NCBI GenBank assembly: GCA_903896545.1
Contig: CAITYF010000197.1
Span: forward strand, 11,665 to 75,664
Source: an uncultured Myxococcales bacterium
GTDB lineage: Bacteria; Myxococcota_A; UBA9042
DNA: 64,000 nt
Direction: 5' to 3'
Positions 51,497 through 61,609 of the stretch are shown piece by piece (position 1 is the stretch's first letter; the number at the start of each line of letters is the position of its first letter). The notes below the pieces were generated by a model that was not told where the DNA came from, did not search any database, and saw only the letters and a program-made list of their open reading frames with translations. Both the position numbers and the translations under genes were made by a program.

Positions 51497-54400
51497 CTAC
51501 TTGATCGTGCCGCGGATGTACGTGTAACCGGCGACGTTGGCGATTTCCTGAATGTCCAGACCCAGCGTCGTGCCCGCGGGAATGGCGGGCGACAGCGTCG
51601 ACAAGTCGATCGACGGCAGTGGAATCGCGCCCAGACCGCTGGAGATGCCGCCGACCAGATTCGGCACAAGGCCGGTGATGAGCGACACGAAGATGTCCTT
51701 GAACGGCAGCGCTTCCGAGTTGATCTTCGTCACTTCCAGCTTCAAGGCGATGCTCTTCGGGTCGAGGTTCAAAGAAATCGCCTTGGAGCCCGGATTCTTG
51801 GGATCCGCGACCGCTTCAATCTTCACCTTGGCCGTCACCAGCGCGTATGCGTACATGTCGATCGGCGTGCCGCTGAAGCTCAGCATCGCGTGGATGCCCA
51901 AGTCGCCGATCTGCAGCGTCAGCCATTCGCCGTCCGCGCACGTGTTCAGGATCGGCGGCAGCATGAAATCGGTCTCAACCGACAGATCTTTCACGCCATA
52001 CGTCGACATGTCGATATTGCCCAGCACCGACGAGTCCAGCGCCAGCTGCAACAGGCCGCCGTTCCAGATCGCGTGCAGCAGCTGGTTGACAAAGTCATCC
52101 GCCAAGCCCACTTCCAGACCGTACTTCTCCGTCGGGTTGAACACGACCGGCTTGGCGTTCTCCGCGAGGCAGCCCGCGCGACCGATCGAACCCAACACGT
52201 CGTGCGGCACCTTCTTCTCGGCCGTCATGGACGCCATCAAACCGAACACGATGCCCTGCTTCTTCTGGAACGCGAGCGTGCCCACGTCCGACGTCAGCTT
52301 GAGGTTCGCCGGCGCGCCCTTGCCGATGAACGGCCCGAGCGGGATCGTCGTGTTGATCGCCAGCATGTTGAAGATCGTGCCGAGCTGACCGCCGATCAGC
52401 TGGTCCAATTGCGGCGCGAGCACGGTTGTCAGGAGGTTGGTCAGCGGCGCGAGGATCAGCTTCTCCAACTGGGCGAGGAAGCCCGTCACGTTGATGCCCA
52501 CGTTGTTCAGCTGTTGCACCAGCGGGCCGCTCGGCAGAATCGTCAGGTTCTGCAGCTGAATCGTGGTGTTCTTCGCCGAGCTGACCAGCTTGCCGGTCGC
52601 TGGGTCTTTGGACAGGTAGATGTCCAGGCCAATGTCGATCTCATCCGCGGCGATGGTCGTGACGGTCTTGAACGGCACGAAGCCGAGCAGGTTGATGTCC
52701 AGGTTCAAGTCCGCCGACAGGCCGTAGATTTTCGCCGAGACGTAGATGCCGCCGTCCAACACTTCCATGTCGATAAGCGGGTAGCCGCCGTTCTTCAGCG
52801 GATCGCCGAGCTTCACGTTGCCAATCGACGGCGTGACGGTCGTGCCCAGCACATTGATGACGCCCAAGCTCACGCCGCCGCCGAGTAGGCTGTTCAGGTC
52901 GAGTTTGCCCAACACAATCTCGAGCACCGACACGATGTCCTTCGGGGTCGTGTGGTTGTGCGTGCCGTTGTCCAGGATGTTCTGCGAGAGCCAAATGCCG
53001 ATCGCGTCGTTGATTTCACTGTCCTTGGGCGTGTTGAAGTCCGAGAGGAACCACTGGGTCGAGTAGTAGTACGTCTGCACGCCCTGCGAGATGTTGTCCC
53101 ACTGGTCGTGCGCTTCCCACTCGATCGGGTTCATGCCCCACACGCTCGGAATATCGAAGGTGAACGAGCCGTCGGCCGCGATCGTGACTTCCTGACCGCC
53201 GATGGTGAACGACTTGACCGCGCTGGTGACGTCGATGACGGTGCCCTTCACGTGCACGATCGGGTCGCCGTTGAGCGTTGCGCCGCGCGCGGGCTCGGTG
53301 ATGAGGACGAGCGGACCGACGGAATCGCACGTCAGCGTCGTTTCAGCCGACAAACTCGGGTAGTCAACGCTCGTGCCCACGAAGTGGTAGTGGCCGTCGG
53401 TGTTGAACGAGTAGCTCTTGCCGCCCGCGTTGACCGTCACGCCTTCGGGCGGATCGACCGCGCAGGGCTGCTGCAACGGCATTTCCGGCACGTCGTTGCC
53501 GAACTTGTCCTTACCGAGGCCGAACATCTTGATCGTGTCGTCGATCTTGTAGAACGGCATATTCGGCTTGGGCCACAGCGTCATCGAGACGGGCTTGCCG
53601 GGCGTTACCGTCACCGTGCCGGGCGTGGCGTTTTCCTTCGTGACGTTCGCCATCATGCACTGGATGTCGTACTTGCCCGAAACCGTCGAGGTCAGGCCGC
53701 CGCTGGTGGACGTCAGCGCCTTCGGATACATCAAGGTCGCGCCGGAAGCGTCGACCGTGTTGCCCCACTGGTCGACTGCGGCGCAGGTCACCTGCGTGCT
53801 GCCCGCGCCGGCTTCAAACGTGGCCGGGGTCACCGTCGCCGTCGTCTTGTAGGCAGCGCCAGCCGTAATGACGAGCGGCGCGCCGTCGCTCACCGCGTCG
53901 GGCGACGATTCAAGGGCGCACTTCACGGTCACCGTGCCGGCGAGCCAGCCTGTGACGGAGAGGTCGGTGATCGTGCCTGCGTTTGGCGGGTCGAGCGCGA
54001 GCGACCAAGCGATGCCGTCCTTGCCGACGTCATTGCCGTACGCGTCCTTGCCGGAGCAAGCCGCGCTGGCGACGTCACCGGCGTGAATGGTCTGCGGGTT
54101 GATCGTCGTCGTGAGCGTTGCGGCGGGGCCCGCGCTGACGGACAGGATCGCCGACTTGTCCTTGGGGTTCGCCGCGCGTTCGGGCAGCGTGCACTGCACC
54201 TGGTACGAGCCGACCAACGTTCCCGTCAGGTTCGCCTTGTCGATCGTCACACCTTTGGTCGGCGTCACCGTGTAGGTCGGCTGCGGAATCTTCACTTCCC
54301 CCGGCTGACCGATGCACTGAACCGTCACGACCGTACCCGCGATCACGTGGCCTTCCGACAGTTGCGTGTCGACCGACTCGATGGAAGCGAGCTGACCCGG

Positions 54401-54550
54401 CTGCAGACCCACTGTGAGGCCGAGGTCCTCCGGAGTCGCGTTGGCCTGCGAATCGCCGCAGCCCGTCGTCAGCACGCCGAGCGTTGCGAGGGTCAAAGTG
54501 GCCAGAGCGAAGGGGCGAGTAGCAGCGAACAAGCGTGAGGCGAGGTACAT
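51497..54550 (-). CDS. Large lipoprotein with Ig-like repeats and a long beta-rich C-terminal domain
   Basis: Lipobox LTTGC; repeated D.YGN/D.WGN/D.FGN Ig-type motifs; GPLVLITEPARG; AAGGAG RBS before ATG 54550. Confidence 0.78.
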   Translation of the reverse strand: MYLASRLFAATRPFALATLTLATLGVLTTGCGDSQANATPEDLGLTVGLQPGQLASIESVDTQLSEGHVIAGTVVTVQCIGQPGEVKIPQPTYTVTPTKGVTIDKANLTGTLVGSYQVQCTLPERAANPKDKSAILSVSAGPAATLTTTINPQTIHAGDVASAACSGKDAYGNDVGKDGIAWSLALDPPNAGTITDLSVTGWLAGTVTVKCALESSPDAVSDGAPLVITAGAAYKTTATVTPATFEAGAGSTQVTCAAVDQWGNTVDASGATLMYPKALTSTSGGLTSTVSGKYDIQCMMANVTKENATPGTVTVTPGKPVSMTLWPKPNMPFYKIDDTIKMFGLGKDKFGNDVPEMPLQQPCAVDPPEGVTVNAGGKSYSFNTDGHYHFVGTSVDYPSLSAETTLTCDSVGPLVLITEPARGATLNGDPIVHVKGTVIDVTSAVKSFTIGGQEVTIAADGSFTFDIPSVWGMNPIEWEAHDQWDNISQGVQTYYYSTQWFLSDFNTPKDSEINDAIGIWLSQNILDNGTHNHTTPKDIVSVLEIVLGKLDLNSLLGGGVSLGVINVLGTTVTPSIGNVKLGDPLKNGGYPLIDMEVLDGGIYVSAKIYGLSADLNLDINLLGFVPFKTVTTIAADEIDIGLDIYLSKDPATGKLVSSAKNTTIQLQNLTILPSGPLVQQLNNVGINVTGFLAQLEKLILAPLTNLLTTVLAPQLDQLIGGQLGTIFNMLAINTTIPLGPFIGKGAPANLKLTSDVGTLAFQKKQGIVFGLMASMTAEKKVPHDVLGSIGRAGCLAENAKPVVFNPTEKYGLEVGLADDFVNQLLHAIWNGGLLQLALDSSVLGNIDMSTYGVKDLSVETDFMLPPILNTCADGEWLTLQIGDLGIHAMLSFSGTPIDMYAYALVTAKVKIEAVADPKNPGSKAISLNLDPKSIALKLEVTKINSEALPFKDIFVSLITGLVPNLVGGISSGLGAIPLPSIDLSTLSPAIPAGTTLGLDIQEIANVAGYTYIRGTIK

Positions 54551-54744
54551 GTTGCACTCCTTGCGCGGTGGCGCGAGCCCGGCTCGTTCAGCCTTCGGCC
54601 CATGGAAACCCACGTAGAACCGAGAAATTCCACGGTCAGCCGACCGGGCGCGCGAATCTTACCAGATTCGTCAAGCCAGTGCGAGTTTGATGTTCGTGTC
54701 ACGTTCTTGTGGCGCAAAATGCCCGTGCCGCTTGCGTTTATGGA

Positions 54745-54773
54745 TTGGCGACCGGCACTTCTGTCGCTACACT
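54745..54773 (+). promoter_or_regulatory. Possible sigma70-type promoter of cphA
   Basis: TTGGCG-N17-TACACT, 35 bp upstream of the ATG. Confidence 0.3.
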
Positions 54774-54808
54774 CCGTGCTCCCGTCCCGGTGGACGCCGC
54801 GAAACGCC

Positions 54809-57613
54809 ATGCACGTCATCGAAACCCGTGTCTATCAAGGTCCTAATCTTTACGCGCACTTCCCGGTGATGCGGTGGACGGTCCGGCTTGGCCCGTTGGA
54901 GGACAAGCCGTCTGCCGAGATTCCGGGGTTCGTCGATGCCCTTTTGGAACACGTGCCGACGCTCTGGGAGCACACGTGCAGTCCCGGTGTGCGCGGCGGT
55001 TTTGTGCAGCGTTTGAATCAGGAAGGCGGCACGTGGATGGGGCACGTGCTCGAACACGTCGCGATCGAACTGCAGAACTTGGCCGGCGCGCGCGTGAGCT
55101 TTGGCAAGACGCGTGGCTCCGGGCACCACGGTGAGTACCACGTCGTTTTTGAGTATGAAGAAGCGCGTGTGGCGCAGGCAGCGGCGGAGCTCGCCATGAA
55201 GCTGCTGCACCATCTCGTGCCCGCGGAACTGGTTCCCGACGCTGAGCGCGATCCCGATTTTCACTTCCAGACAGAGTTGGACGATCTCATTCGTCAGGCA
55301 CAGCGCCGCGCTCTGGGGCCATCCACGGGCAGCCTGGTGCGCGCCGCGGAAGCGCGTGGCATCCCGTGGATTCGCTTGAACGACCACTCGCTGGTGCAGT
55401 TTGGCCACGGCAAGTTGCAAAAGCGCATCCAAGCGACGGTGACGAGCGAAACCCGGCACATCGCTGTGGAGATCGCCAGCGACAAGCAGGAAACCAACAA
55501 GATCCTCGCCGACCTGGGACTCCCGGTGCCGCGTCAGGAGATGGTCTATTCGGTAGAGGAAGCGGTCAAAGCGGCGCGTTCGATTCGCTATCCGGTGGTG
55601 GTCAAGCCGTTGAACGCGAACCACGGCCGCGGCGTGTCGATCAACCTGACTTCACCCGAACAGGTGGCGACGGCGTTTGAGAAGGCGCAAGAACACAGCC
55701 GCGCCGTGTTGGTCGAGACATTTGTCGCAGGCTTTGATCATAGAATGCTGGTGATCAACGGAGAATTGGTCGCAGTGGCCAAGCGGGTTCCCGGCCACGT
55801 GGTCGGCGACGGCTCGCACACGATCGCGGAGCTGGTCGACATCGTGAACAGCGATCCGCGGCGCGGCATCGGCCACGAAAAAGTGCTGACCCGGCTCGCG
55901 TTTGACCACCAAGCCGAGAGGCTCATGGAGCAGGCGGGCGTGACGCGCGAGTCGGTCTTGCCTGCGGGTGAAATCCTGTATTTGCGGTCGACCGGTAACC
56001 TGTCGACGGGCGGCACGGCGATCGATCTGACCGATCAAGTGCACCCGGACAACGCGGAAATGGCGGTTCGCGTGGCCGGCGCAATCGGTCTGGACGTGAT
56101 CGGTGTAGACTTTTTGACTCAGGACATGACGCGCAGCTATCGCGAAGTCGGCGGCGCGATCTGTGAGGTCAACGCTGCGCCTGGCTTCCGCATGCACGTG
56201 GCGCCGAGCGAAGGCAAACCGCGCGACGTGGCCGGCAAAGTGATCGACATGCTGTTCCCGCCTGGGACGCCGTCGCGCATTCCGATCGCCGCGATTACCG
56301 GCACGAACGGCAAGACGACGACGAGCCGCATGCTCGCGCACATCTTCAAGTTGCGCAGTGAAATCGTGGGTTTGACGACGACGGACGGCGTGTACATCGA
56401 CGGCCAGCGCACCGTGGAAGGCGACATGACGGGGCCGATGAGCGCGCAGATGGTGCTGCGTGATCCGAAGGTCACGGTCGCCGTGCTGGAAACGGCGCGC
56501 GGCGGCATGTTGCGGTCCGGCTTGGGCTACCGCTGGCCGGACGTGGCGTGCTGTCTGAACGTGAGCGCGGACCATCTGGGACTCGGCGGCGTCGACACGC
56601 TCGATCAGTTGGCCGCGGTGAAGCGGATTCCGATCGAAGTGGCGCGTGAAGCCGTTGTGCTGAACGCGGACGATGAACTCTGCCTGGCCATGGCGGATCA
56701 CAGCCAAGCGAAGCACGTCTGGTACGTCACGACGAATCCGAACCACGCGCTGGTCCGCGAGCACATTCGCGCGGGCGGCAAAGCGGTGGCGCTGGAAGCG
56801 GGCGTAAACGGCCAGATGATTGCGCTTTACGATCGCGGCCAGCACCTGCCGCTGCTGTGGACGCATTTGATTCCGGCGACGCTGGAAGGCAAGGCGATCC
56901 ACAACGTGCAGAACGCGATGTTCGCCGCCGCGATGGCCTACGCGATGCACGTGAAGTTGGATGACATTCGCCACGGCTTGCGGACGTTTGACTCGACGTT
57001 CTTCCAGTCGCCCGGACGCATGAACGTCTACGACGCGCTCGGCTTCAAGGTGCTGCTGGATTACGGTCACAATCCGGCGGCGGTCAAGGCGATGTGCACG
57101 CTGGTCGACAATCTGGTGGCGGGCGGCGTGCTCGCAACGGGCGGCAAGCGCGTGTGTGTTCTGGCGGCACCCGGTGACCGACGCGATGAAGATATTTTGG
57201 AAGTCGCTCGCATCGCGGCGCATTCGTTTGACGAGATCATCTTGCGTCGCGACGACAACCCGCGCGGGCGAGGTGACCGTGAAGTGCCCGAGCTCCTGCA
57301 AAAAGGCCTCATCGCCAGCGGTTTCCCGGCGGACAAGCTGACCATCATCACGCACGAAGTGGACGCGCTGCAGGACGCGCTGGACCGCTGCAAGCCCGGC
57401 GACTTGCTGTTGGTGTTCTGTGACAAGGTGACGCGTTCGTGGAAGCAAATCATCTACCACCATCAGCAGCAGGGTGGGCGACCGCCGGTGGAGGACGAGA
57501 CGCCTCAGGCCGTGGCCCAGCAGCCGCAGGAAGATGAAACGCCGCTGAGTACGTCCGGGCTTGTGCGCGATGCGCGTGGCGTGCGGCTGGCGCGTCCTGA
57601 AGAGGCGGATTGA
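54809..57613 (+). CDS. cphA: Cyanophycin synthetase (CphA1 type)
   Basis: GPN; N-domain HTCS..GGF..RL..GTWMGHVLEH; LGPST; ATP-grasp VVKP..NHGRG and EVNAAPG; Mur domain GTNGKTT, ETARGG, DHLG, DYGHN. Confidence 0.95.
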   Translation: MHVIETRVYQGPNLYAHFPVMRWTVRLGPLEDKPSAEIPGFVDALLEHVPTLWEHTCSPGVRGGFVQRLNQEGGTWMGHVLEHVAIELQNLAGARVSFGKTRGSGHHGEYHVVFEYEEARVAQAAAELAMKLLHHLVPAELVPDAERDPDFHFQTELDDLIRQAQRRALGPSTGSLVRAAEARGIPWIRLNDHSLVQFGHGKLQKRIQATVTSETRHIAVEIASDKQETNKILADLGLPVPRQEMVYSVEEAVKAARSIRYPVVVKPLNANHGRGVSINLTSPEQVATAFEKAQEHSRAVLVETFVAGFDHRMLVINGELVAVAKRVPGHVVGDGSHTIAELVDIVNSDPRRGIGHEKVLTRLAFDHQAERLMEQAGVTRESVLPAGEILYLRSTGNLSTGGTAIDLTDQVHPDNAEMAVRVAGAIGLDVIGVDFLTQDMTRSYREVGGAICEVNAAPGFRMHVAPSEGKPRDVAGKVIDMLFPPGTPSRIPIAAITGTNGKTTTSRMLAHIFKLRSEIVGLTTTDGVYIDGQRTVEGDMTGPMSAQMVLRDPKVTVAVLETARGGMLRSGLGYRWPDVACCLNVSADHLGLGGVDTLDQLAAVKRIPIEVAREAVVLNADDELCLAMADHSQAKHVWYVTTNPNHALVREHIRAGGKAVALEAGVNGQMIALYDRGQHLPLLWTHLIPATLEGKAIHNVQNAMFAAAMAYAMHVKLDDIRHGLRTFDSTFFQSPGRMNVYDALGFKVLLDYGHNPAAVKAMCTLVDNLVAGGVLATGGKRVCVLAAPGDRRDEDILEVARIAAHSFDEIILRRDDNPRGRGDREVPELLQKGLIASGFPADKLTIITHEVDALQDALDRCKPGDLLLVFCDKVTRSWKQIIYHHQQQGGRPPVEDETPQAVAQQPQEDETPLSTSGLVRDARGVRLARPEEAD

Positions 57614-59256
57614 TGAAGGCGAGCAATGCACGGCGCTTGACTGGACCTAGCTGGTGGCTGGATGCGGCGGGCGCGGCGGTGGAAGTTGCTTTTGCCGCCG
57701 ATGACGACCCGGACTGGCTCTTCGCTGATTGGTCTCGGCAGATCTTCGATATTGCTAAGCTTTTGGTTTGGCCGTCGCCGCAATTTGGTCAAACCCGCGG
57801 ATCGGGTGTCGCAACCTGGGCGTTCACCGCACCGCTCGATCAGCTTGGTACGGCAGCGGAATTGGCGGAACAAGCATGCAGTGAGGCCGCGTGGGCTTTG
57901 GTCGCCCCTGCCGAGGCGAATCCGCGCGCGATGGCCTGGATCGCGGCGGCGGAAGCCCACAATCTGCCGTGGCTTTGGGATGAAGACGCGCTGACTTTGG
58001 GCCTCGGCGCACACAGCCAGACTTGGCCGCTCGCCGAAGTGAATGAAACGCTGCCCGATTTGCACGGCCTCGCGACGATTCCGCACGTGCTGATTACGGG
58101 AACCAACGGCAAGACGACAACAGCGCGCATGATCGCGCGAATCCTGCGCCATCACGGGCTTTTTGCGGGCAACACGTCGACCGATGGGTTGATGCTCGAC
58201 GGTCAATTGGTCACACCAGGCGATTGGACGGGACCGGGCGGTGCGCGCCAAGTGCTGCGGAATACCCGCGTGCAAGCGGCGGCGCTCGAGACGGCGCGCG
58301 GTGGGCTTCTGCGGCGCGGATTGGCGTCGCACTGGGCTGACGCTGCGGTTGTGACCAACGTCAGCGATGACCATTTGGACCCGCAGGTTCCGTCTGAAGC
58401 AGCGATGGCCGACGCGAAGCTCGCGATTCGGCGGGGAATTCGTGCCGGAGGCCTGCTGATTCTGAACGCCGATTGCGCGCCCTTGGTCGCCGCCGCGCAA
58501 CGCCTGCGGTTGCCCGATGGCGCCTACGCGCTGGCGTGGTTTGGCGCATCGCGGGCGAGCGCGACCGCGCTATCGGGGGCGCTCCACGCGTGGTCGGAAG
58601 ACTCCGCACTCGTCTTGCGCGACGCGAACGGCGACCACCGCTTCGCGGAACTGGCCGCGGTGCCTTCTACTTTTGACGGACATGCGCCGCACAACGTCGC
58701 CAATGCCTTGGCGTCTGCTCTGGCAGCTCGCGCGATGGCCGTTCCGCTGCCGACCATCGCTGGCGGGCTGCGCGCATTTGGCTCGACGATCGCCGACAAT
58801 CCCGGTCGCGCCAATGTGATGCACCTGAACGGCGCGACGATCCTGATCGATTTTGCCCATAATCCCGATGGTGTGCGCCAAGTTGCCGCGCTGGTCGATG
58901 CGTGGCCATCGGTGTCGCGAACGCTGCTCGTGGGGCAGGCGGGCGATCGCACGGACGACCTGATGCACGCGTTGGTCGTCGCGTCGTTGGCGTTTCGTCC
59001 GGACCGCGTTGTGCTGAAAGACACGGATCACTACCTGCGCGGTCGGCAAAAGCACGAGATCCCCGAAGTGCTGCTGCGGTTTTACCTGCGCGAAGGGGTT
59101 CCCGCGGACGCGATGTCCATCACGCACGATGAGGCGTCGGGCATCGACGCGGCGCTGCAGGACGCGCTGCCCGGACACTTGCTGATTCTGCTGATTCACG
59201 ACGATTTTCCCGCGGCGGTCGCGCAACTGCGCGCGGCGGGGGCGGTGGAACCGTGA
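57613..59256 (+). CDS. CphA-like Mur-ligase protein lacking the ATP-grasp domain
   Basis: AAAEAHNLPW..LGLG is followed almost directly by TGTNGKTTT, ETARGGLLRRG, NVSDDHL, NPGR, DFAHN, GDR; start overlaps the cphA stop. Confidence 0.82.
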   Translation: MKASNARRLTGPSWWLDAAGAAVEVAFAADDDPDWLFADWSRQIFDIAKLLVWPSPQFGQTRGSGVATWAFTAPLDQLGTAAELAEQACSEAAWALVAPAEANPRAMAWIAAAEAHNLPWLWDEDALTLGLGAHSQTWPLAEVNETLPDLHGLATIPHVLITGTNGKTTTARMIARILRHHGLFAGNTSTDGLMLDGQLVTPGDWTGPGGARQVLRNTRVQAAALETARGGLLRRGLASHWADAAVVTNVSDDHLDPQVPSEAAMADAKLAIRRGIRAGGLLILNADCAPLVAAAQRLRLPDGAYALAWFGASRASATALSGALHAWSEDSALVLRDANGDHRFAELAAVPSTFDGHAPHNVANALASALAARAMAVPLPTIAGGLRAFGSTIADNPGRANVMHLNGATILIDFAHNPDGVRQVAALVDAWPSVSRTLLVGQAGDRTDDLMHALVVASLAFRPDRVVLKDTDHYLRGRQKHEIPEVLLRFYLREGVPADAMSITHDEASGIDAALQDALPGHLLILLIHDDFPAAVAQLRAAGAVEP

Positions 59257-60101
59257 ACGTGGATGCGTTGCCGGAGCTCGAAGCGCGCTGGTCCGCCGCA
59301 TTCGCTGCGGGGCAGGAAGCGGTGGGCGAACCCGGCGTCCTGGCCTGCACGTACGTGCTGCGCGGGGCCATGCGGACGGCCGATCGCCGCTGGCGTCAGG
59401 GCGTCCGAACGCCCGTTTTGCCCGTTTCCATTGACGATTTTGCCGTCAGGACGCTCGCCGAACGCCACGTCTATCGGGTTGAATCGCAGGTCGCCGAGTG
59501 CTTGGTTGCCTGGGCGCACCGCAACCGTCGCCTATTTCTACGCTTTGACATCCCGACGCCTGCTGAGCTTTTGGTCTACCAAGCGCGCGGCGAGCGCATC
59601 GTCTCGCTGTTGCCCGAAGGCGTGCCGACGGGACTCGAAGCGAGCAACTTCGAGTTTGCGCTGCACGATCTCTGTCATGCCGAGAAGTTCTTTGCGCCCG
59701 AACACTTCCACGGTCAGGTCGGCTTCTTCGCCACGGTCGAGTCAATGCTGCGCGGTGCCGCGTGGGCCCAACTGACGCGCGATTTTGACGCTGCTTGGCC
59801 AGCCGAAGTGGACCACGTCGTGGCCGACATGAACGGCTCACCGCTCTTTCTTTTTGCCGCGTTGCGGCGCAAGGTCATGAACGCCGCGTTGCGGGTTGGT
59901 CAGGATCAGTTCGCAGCACGGGCGGGGTTGTGTGAGGTATTGAACCTCCCGCCGAACGTGGCGCGGTCCGGAGAACAGTTTTCCGTGCATCCCGACGTCG
60001 ATCCGGTTGAAATCCGCTACCACGCCGACATGCTGCAAGGGCATTTTGAGGCACTTGGGCAGCAGATCATGGCCACGCAGCTCGGCGCGGAACCGCAGTG
60101 A
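59253..60101 (+). CDS. Hypothetical protein with HDxxH motif
   Basis: GTG start overlaps the previous stop; FALHDLCHAEKF, GQVGFF, VADMN. Confidence 0.65.
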   Translation: MNVDALPELEARWSAAFAAGQEAVGEPGVLACTYVLRGAMRTADRRWRQGVRTPVLPVSIDDFAVRTLAERHVYRVESQVAECLVAWAHRNRRLFLRFDIPTPAELLVYQARGERIVSLLPEGVPTGLEASNFEFALHDLCHAEKFFAPEHFHGQVGFFATVESMLRGAAWAQLTRDFDAAWPAEVDHVVADMNGSPLFLFAALRRKVMNAALRVGQDQFAARAGLCEVLNLPPNVARSGEQFSVHPDVDPVEIRYHADMLQGHFEALGQQIMATQLGAEPQ

Positions 60102-60111
60102 AGGAGTTTTC

Positions 60112-60957
60112 ATGACTACACCCCGCAAAATCGTCGTAACCGGCGCTTCGACAGGCTTTGGGCGCTGCATCGCAGAAGCCGCGCTCGCCCAGGGGTGGTC
60201 CGTGCTGGGCACCGTTCGCAAGGACACCGACGCCGCCGACTTGCGCGCCAAGGGCATTGCCGTCGCGCAGTTTGACCTCGCGGTGCCCGAATCGATCGGC
60301 CCTGGCTGCGCGCAAATTCTCGCGTGGTGCGAGGGCAATCTGGACGCGCTGGTCAACAACGCCGGCTCGACTTGGCCCGGTCCCATCGAGCTCGTGACGA
60401 TGGCTGATCTGCGTGTGCAGTTTGAAGTGAACACTTTTGGCCACATCGACGTGACGCAGCGCCTGCTTCCGGCGATCCGCGCAGGGCATGGCCATGTGCT
60501 CTTCATCTCGTCGGACTCGACCACGTTGACGCCGCCGATCGTCGGCACCTACGCGGCGTCCAAGCGCGCCATCGAGGCGCTCGCCGAGTCGCTGGCTCAG
60601 GAAACGGCGGGGCAGGGCATTCACGTGTCGATCGTCGCGCCCGGACCGTATCAGACCGCGATTTGGGGGACCTCGATTCCCCGCGGCGAGGCGTACCTGG
60701 AAACCGCCGATCCGCGGCTGCAGCTTTACCGCACGCTGGCCGAACAGTTGGGCAGAGCGTCCACCAACCGCCCGCTGGGCGATCCGATGGACCTCGCGCA
60801 GGTCGTGCTGAAGCAGTTGAACGACCCGAATCCACCGCTGCGCACGGTGGCGCCGTTTCAGTCGCGGCTGGTCAGCTGGGTGCGTGCGCTCATCGGCCCG
60901 CGGCGCTTCCACAAGCTGCTGCGTTTTGTCATCGCCAAGCAAGGTGCAGCGAGCTAG
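60112..60957 (+). CDS. Short-chain dehydrogenase/reductase
   Basis: AAGGAG RBS; TGASTGFG, NNAG, YAASK. Confidence 0.9.
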   Translation: MTTPRKIVVTGASTGFGRCIAEAALAQGWSVLGTVRKDTDAADLRAKGIAVAQFDLAVPESIGPGCAQILAWCEGNLDALVNNAGSTWPGPIELVTMADLRVQFEVNTFGHIDVTQRLLPAIRAGHGHVLFISSDSTTLTPPIVGTYAASKRAIEALAESLAQETAGQGIHVSIVAPGPYQTAIWGTSIPRGEAYLETADPRLQLYRTLAEQLGRASTNRPLGDPMDLAQVVLKQLNDPNPPLRTVAPFQSRLVSWVRALIGPRRFHKLLRFVIAKQGAAS

Positions 60958-61102
60958 ACATCCCTGCGTTGACTCGGAGCCAAATATCTTGTGTCGCCGC
61001 GAGTCGGCCCGCAGGGACGCGAGCTTGGCGACCCAGCTAGCAGCCTAAACATGCCCACCCGGCGTCCAGCATTTGATCTCCAGTCTTGGCAGGCATGTTT
61101 AG
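60954..61102. mobile_element. 149-bp dispersed repeat, copy 3
   Basis: Fills the whole gap between two convergent stop codons (TAG 60955-57 and TAA 61099-101). Confidence 0.88.
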
Positions 61103-61572
61103 TTCGCCTCTGCACGGCAGCGGTTGCGCAAGTCGCTGTTGTTGATCGACTCGCAGGCGCTTTTGTTGTGCCCCGCGACGCCGCGGCAGTAGTTGCGCTT
61201 GTCGCTGTCGCCGATCGATTCGCACGGGCTCTTGTCGTGACGCGAAACGGCGCGGCAGTGGTTGCGCGCGTCGCTGTCCGAGATCGACTCGCAGTTGCCT
61301 GAGCTGCTGGAGCCGCCCGCGACGCCGCGGCACTGGTTGCGCAGGTTGCTGTCGCCAATCGACTCACAGTGTGACTTCTCGCCGCTCGCCTCGGCACGAC
61401 AGTAGTTGCGTTTGTCGCTGTTGCTGATCGATTCGCAAGGGCTCTTGTCGTGCTTGGCCACAGCGCGGCAATGGTTGCGCGCGTCGCTGTCAGAGATCGA
61501 CTCGCAATTGCTGGCGTTCGCCGCCGCGTTCACGGTCCACAAAGTCATCGCCACCACAGTCCACTTCCACAT
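61099..61572 (-). CDS. Secreted protein made of six CESIxxSxxRNxCR repeats
   Basis: GGAGG RBS, signal peptide, ~23-aa tandem repeats. Confidence 0.82.
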   Translation of the reverse strand: MWKWTVVAMTLWTVNAAANASNCESISDSDARNHCRAVAKHDKSPCESISNSDKRNYCRAEASGEKSHCESIGDSNLRNQCRGVAGGSSSSGNCESISDSDARNHCRAVSRHDKSPCESIGDSDKRNYCRGVAGHNKSACESINNSDLRNRCRAEAN

Positions 61573-61609
61573 GCTGCCCTCCATTGCCCCGTTTCCGGCC
61601 CGGCGCACG

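Noticed and set aside
55652-57631. Long antisense ORFs (also 45-929, 1170-2567, 36832-38523, 41588-42796, 49138-51006, 52952-54538)
   Set aside because: Shadow frames of high-GC3 genes, with no motifs; the opposite strand has clear family signatures.
49135-59256. PAD acting on cyanophycin arginines as a single pathway
   Set aside because: PAD has a lipoprotein signal whereas cyanophycin is cytoplasmic; the genes are divergent and separated by another gene. Only proximity supports a link.
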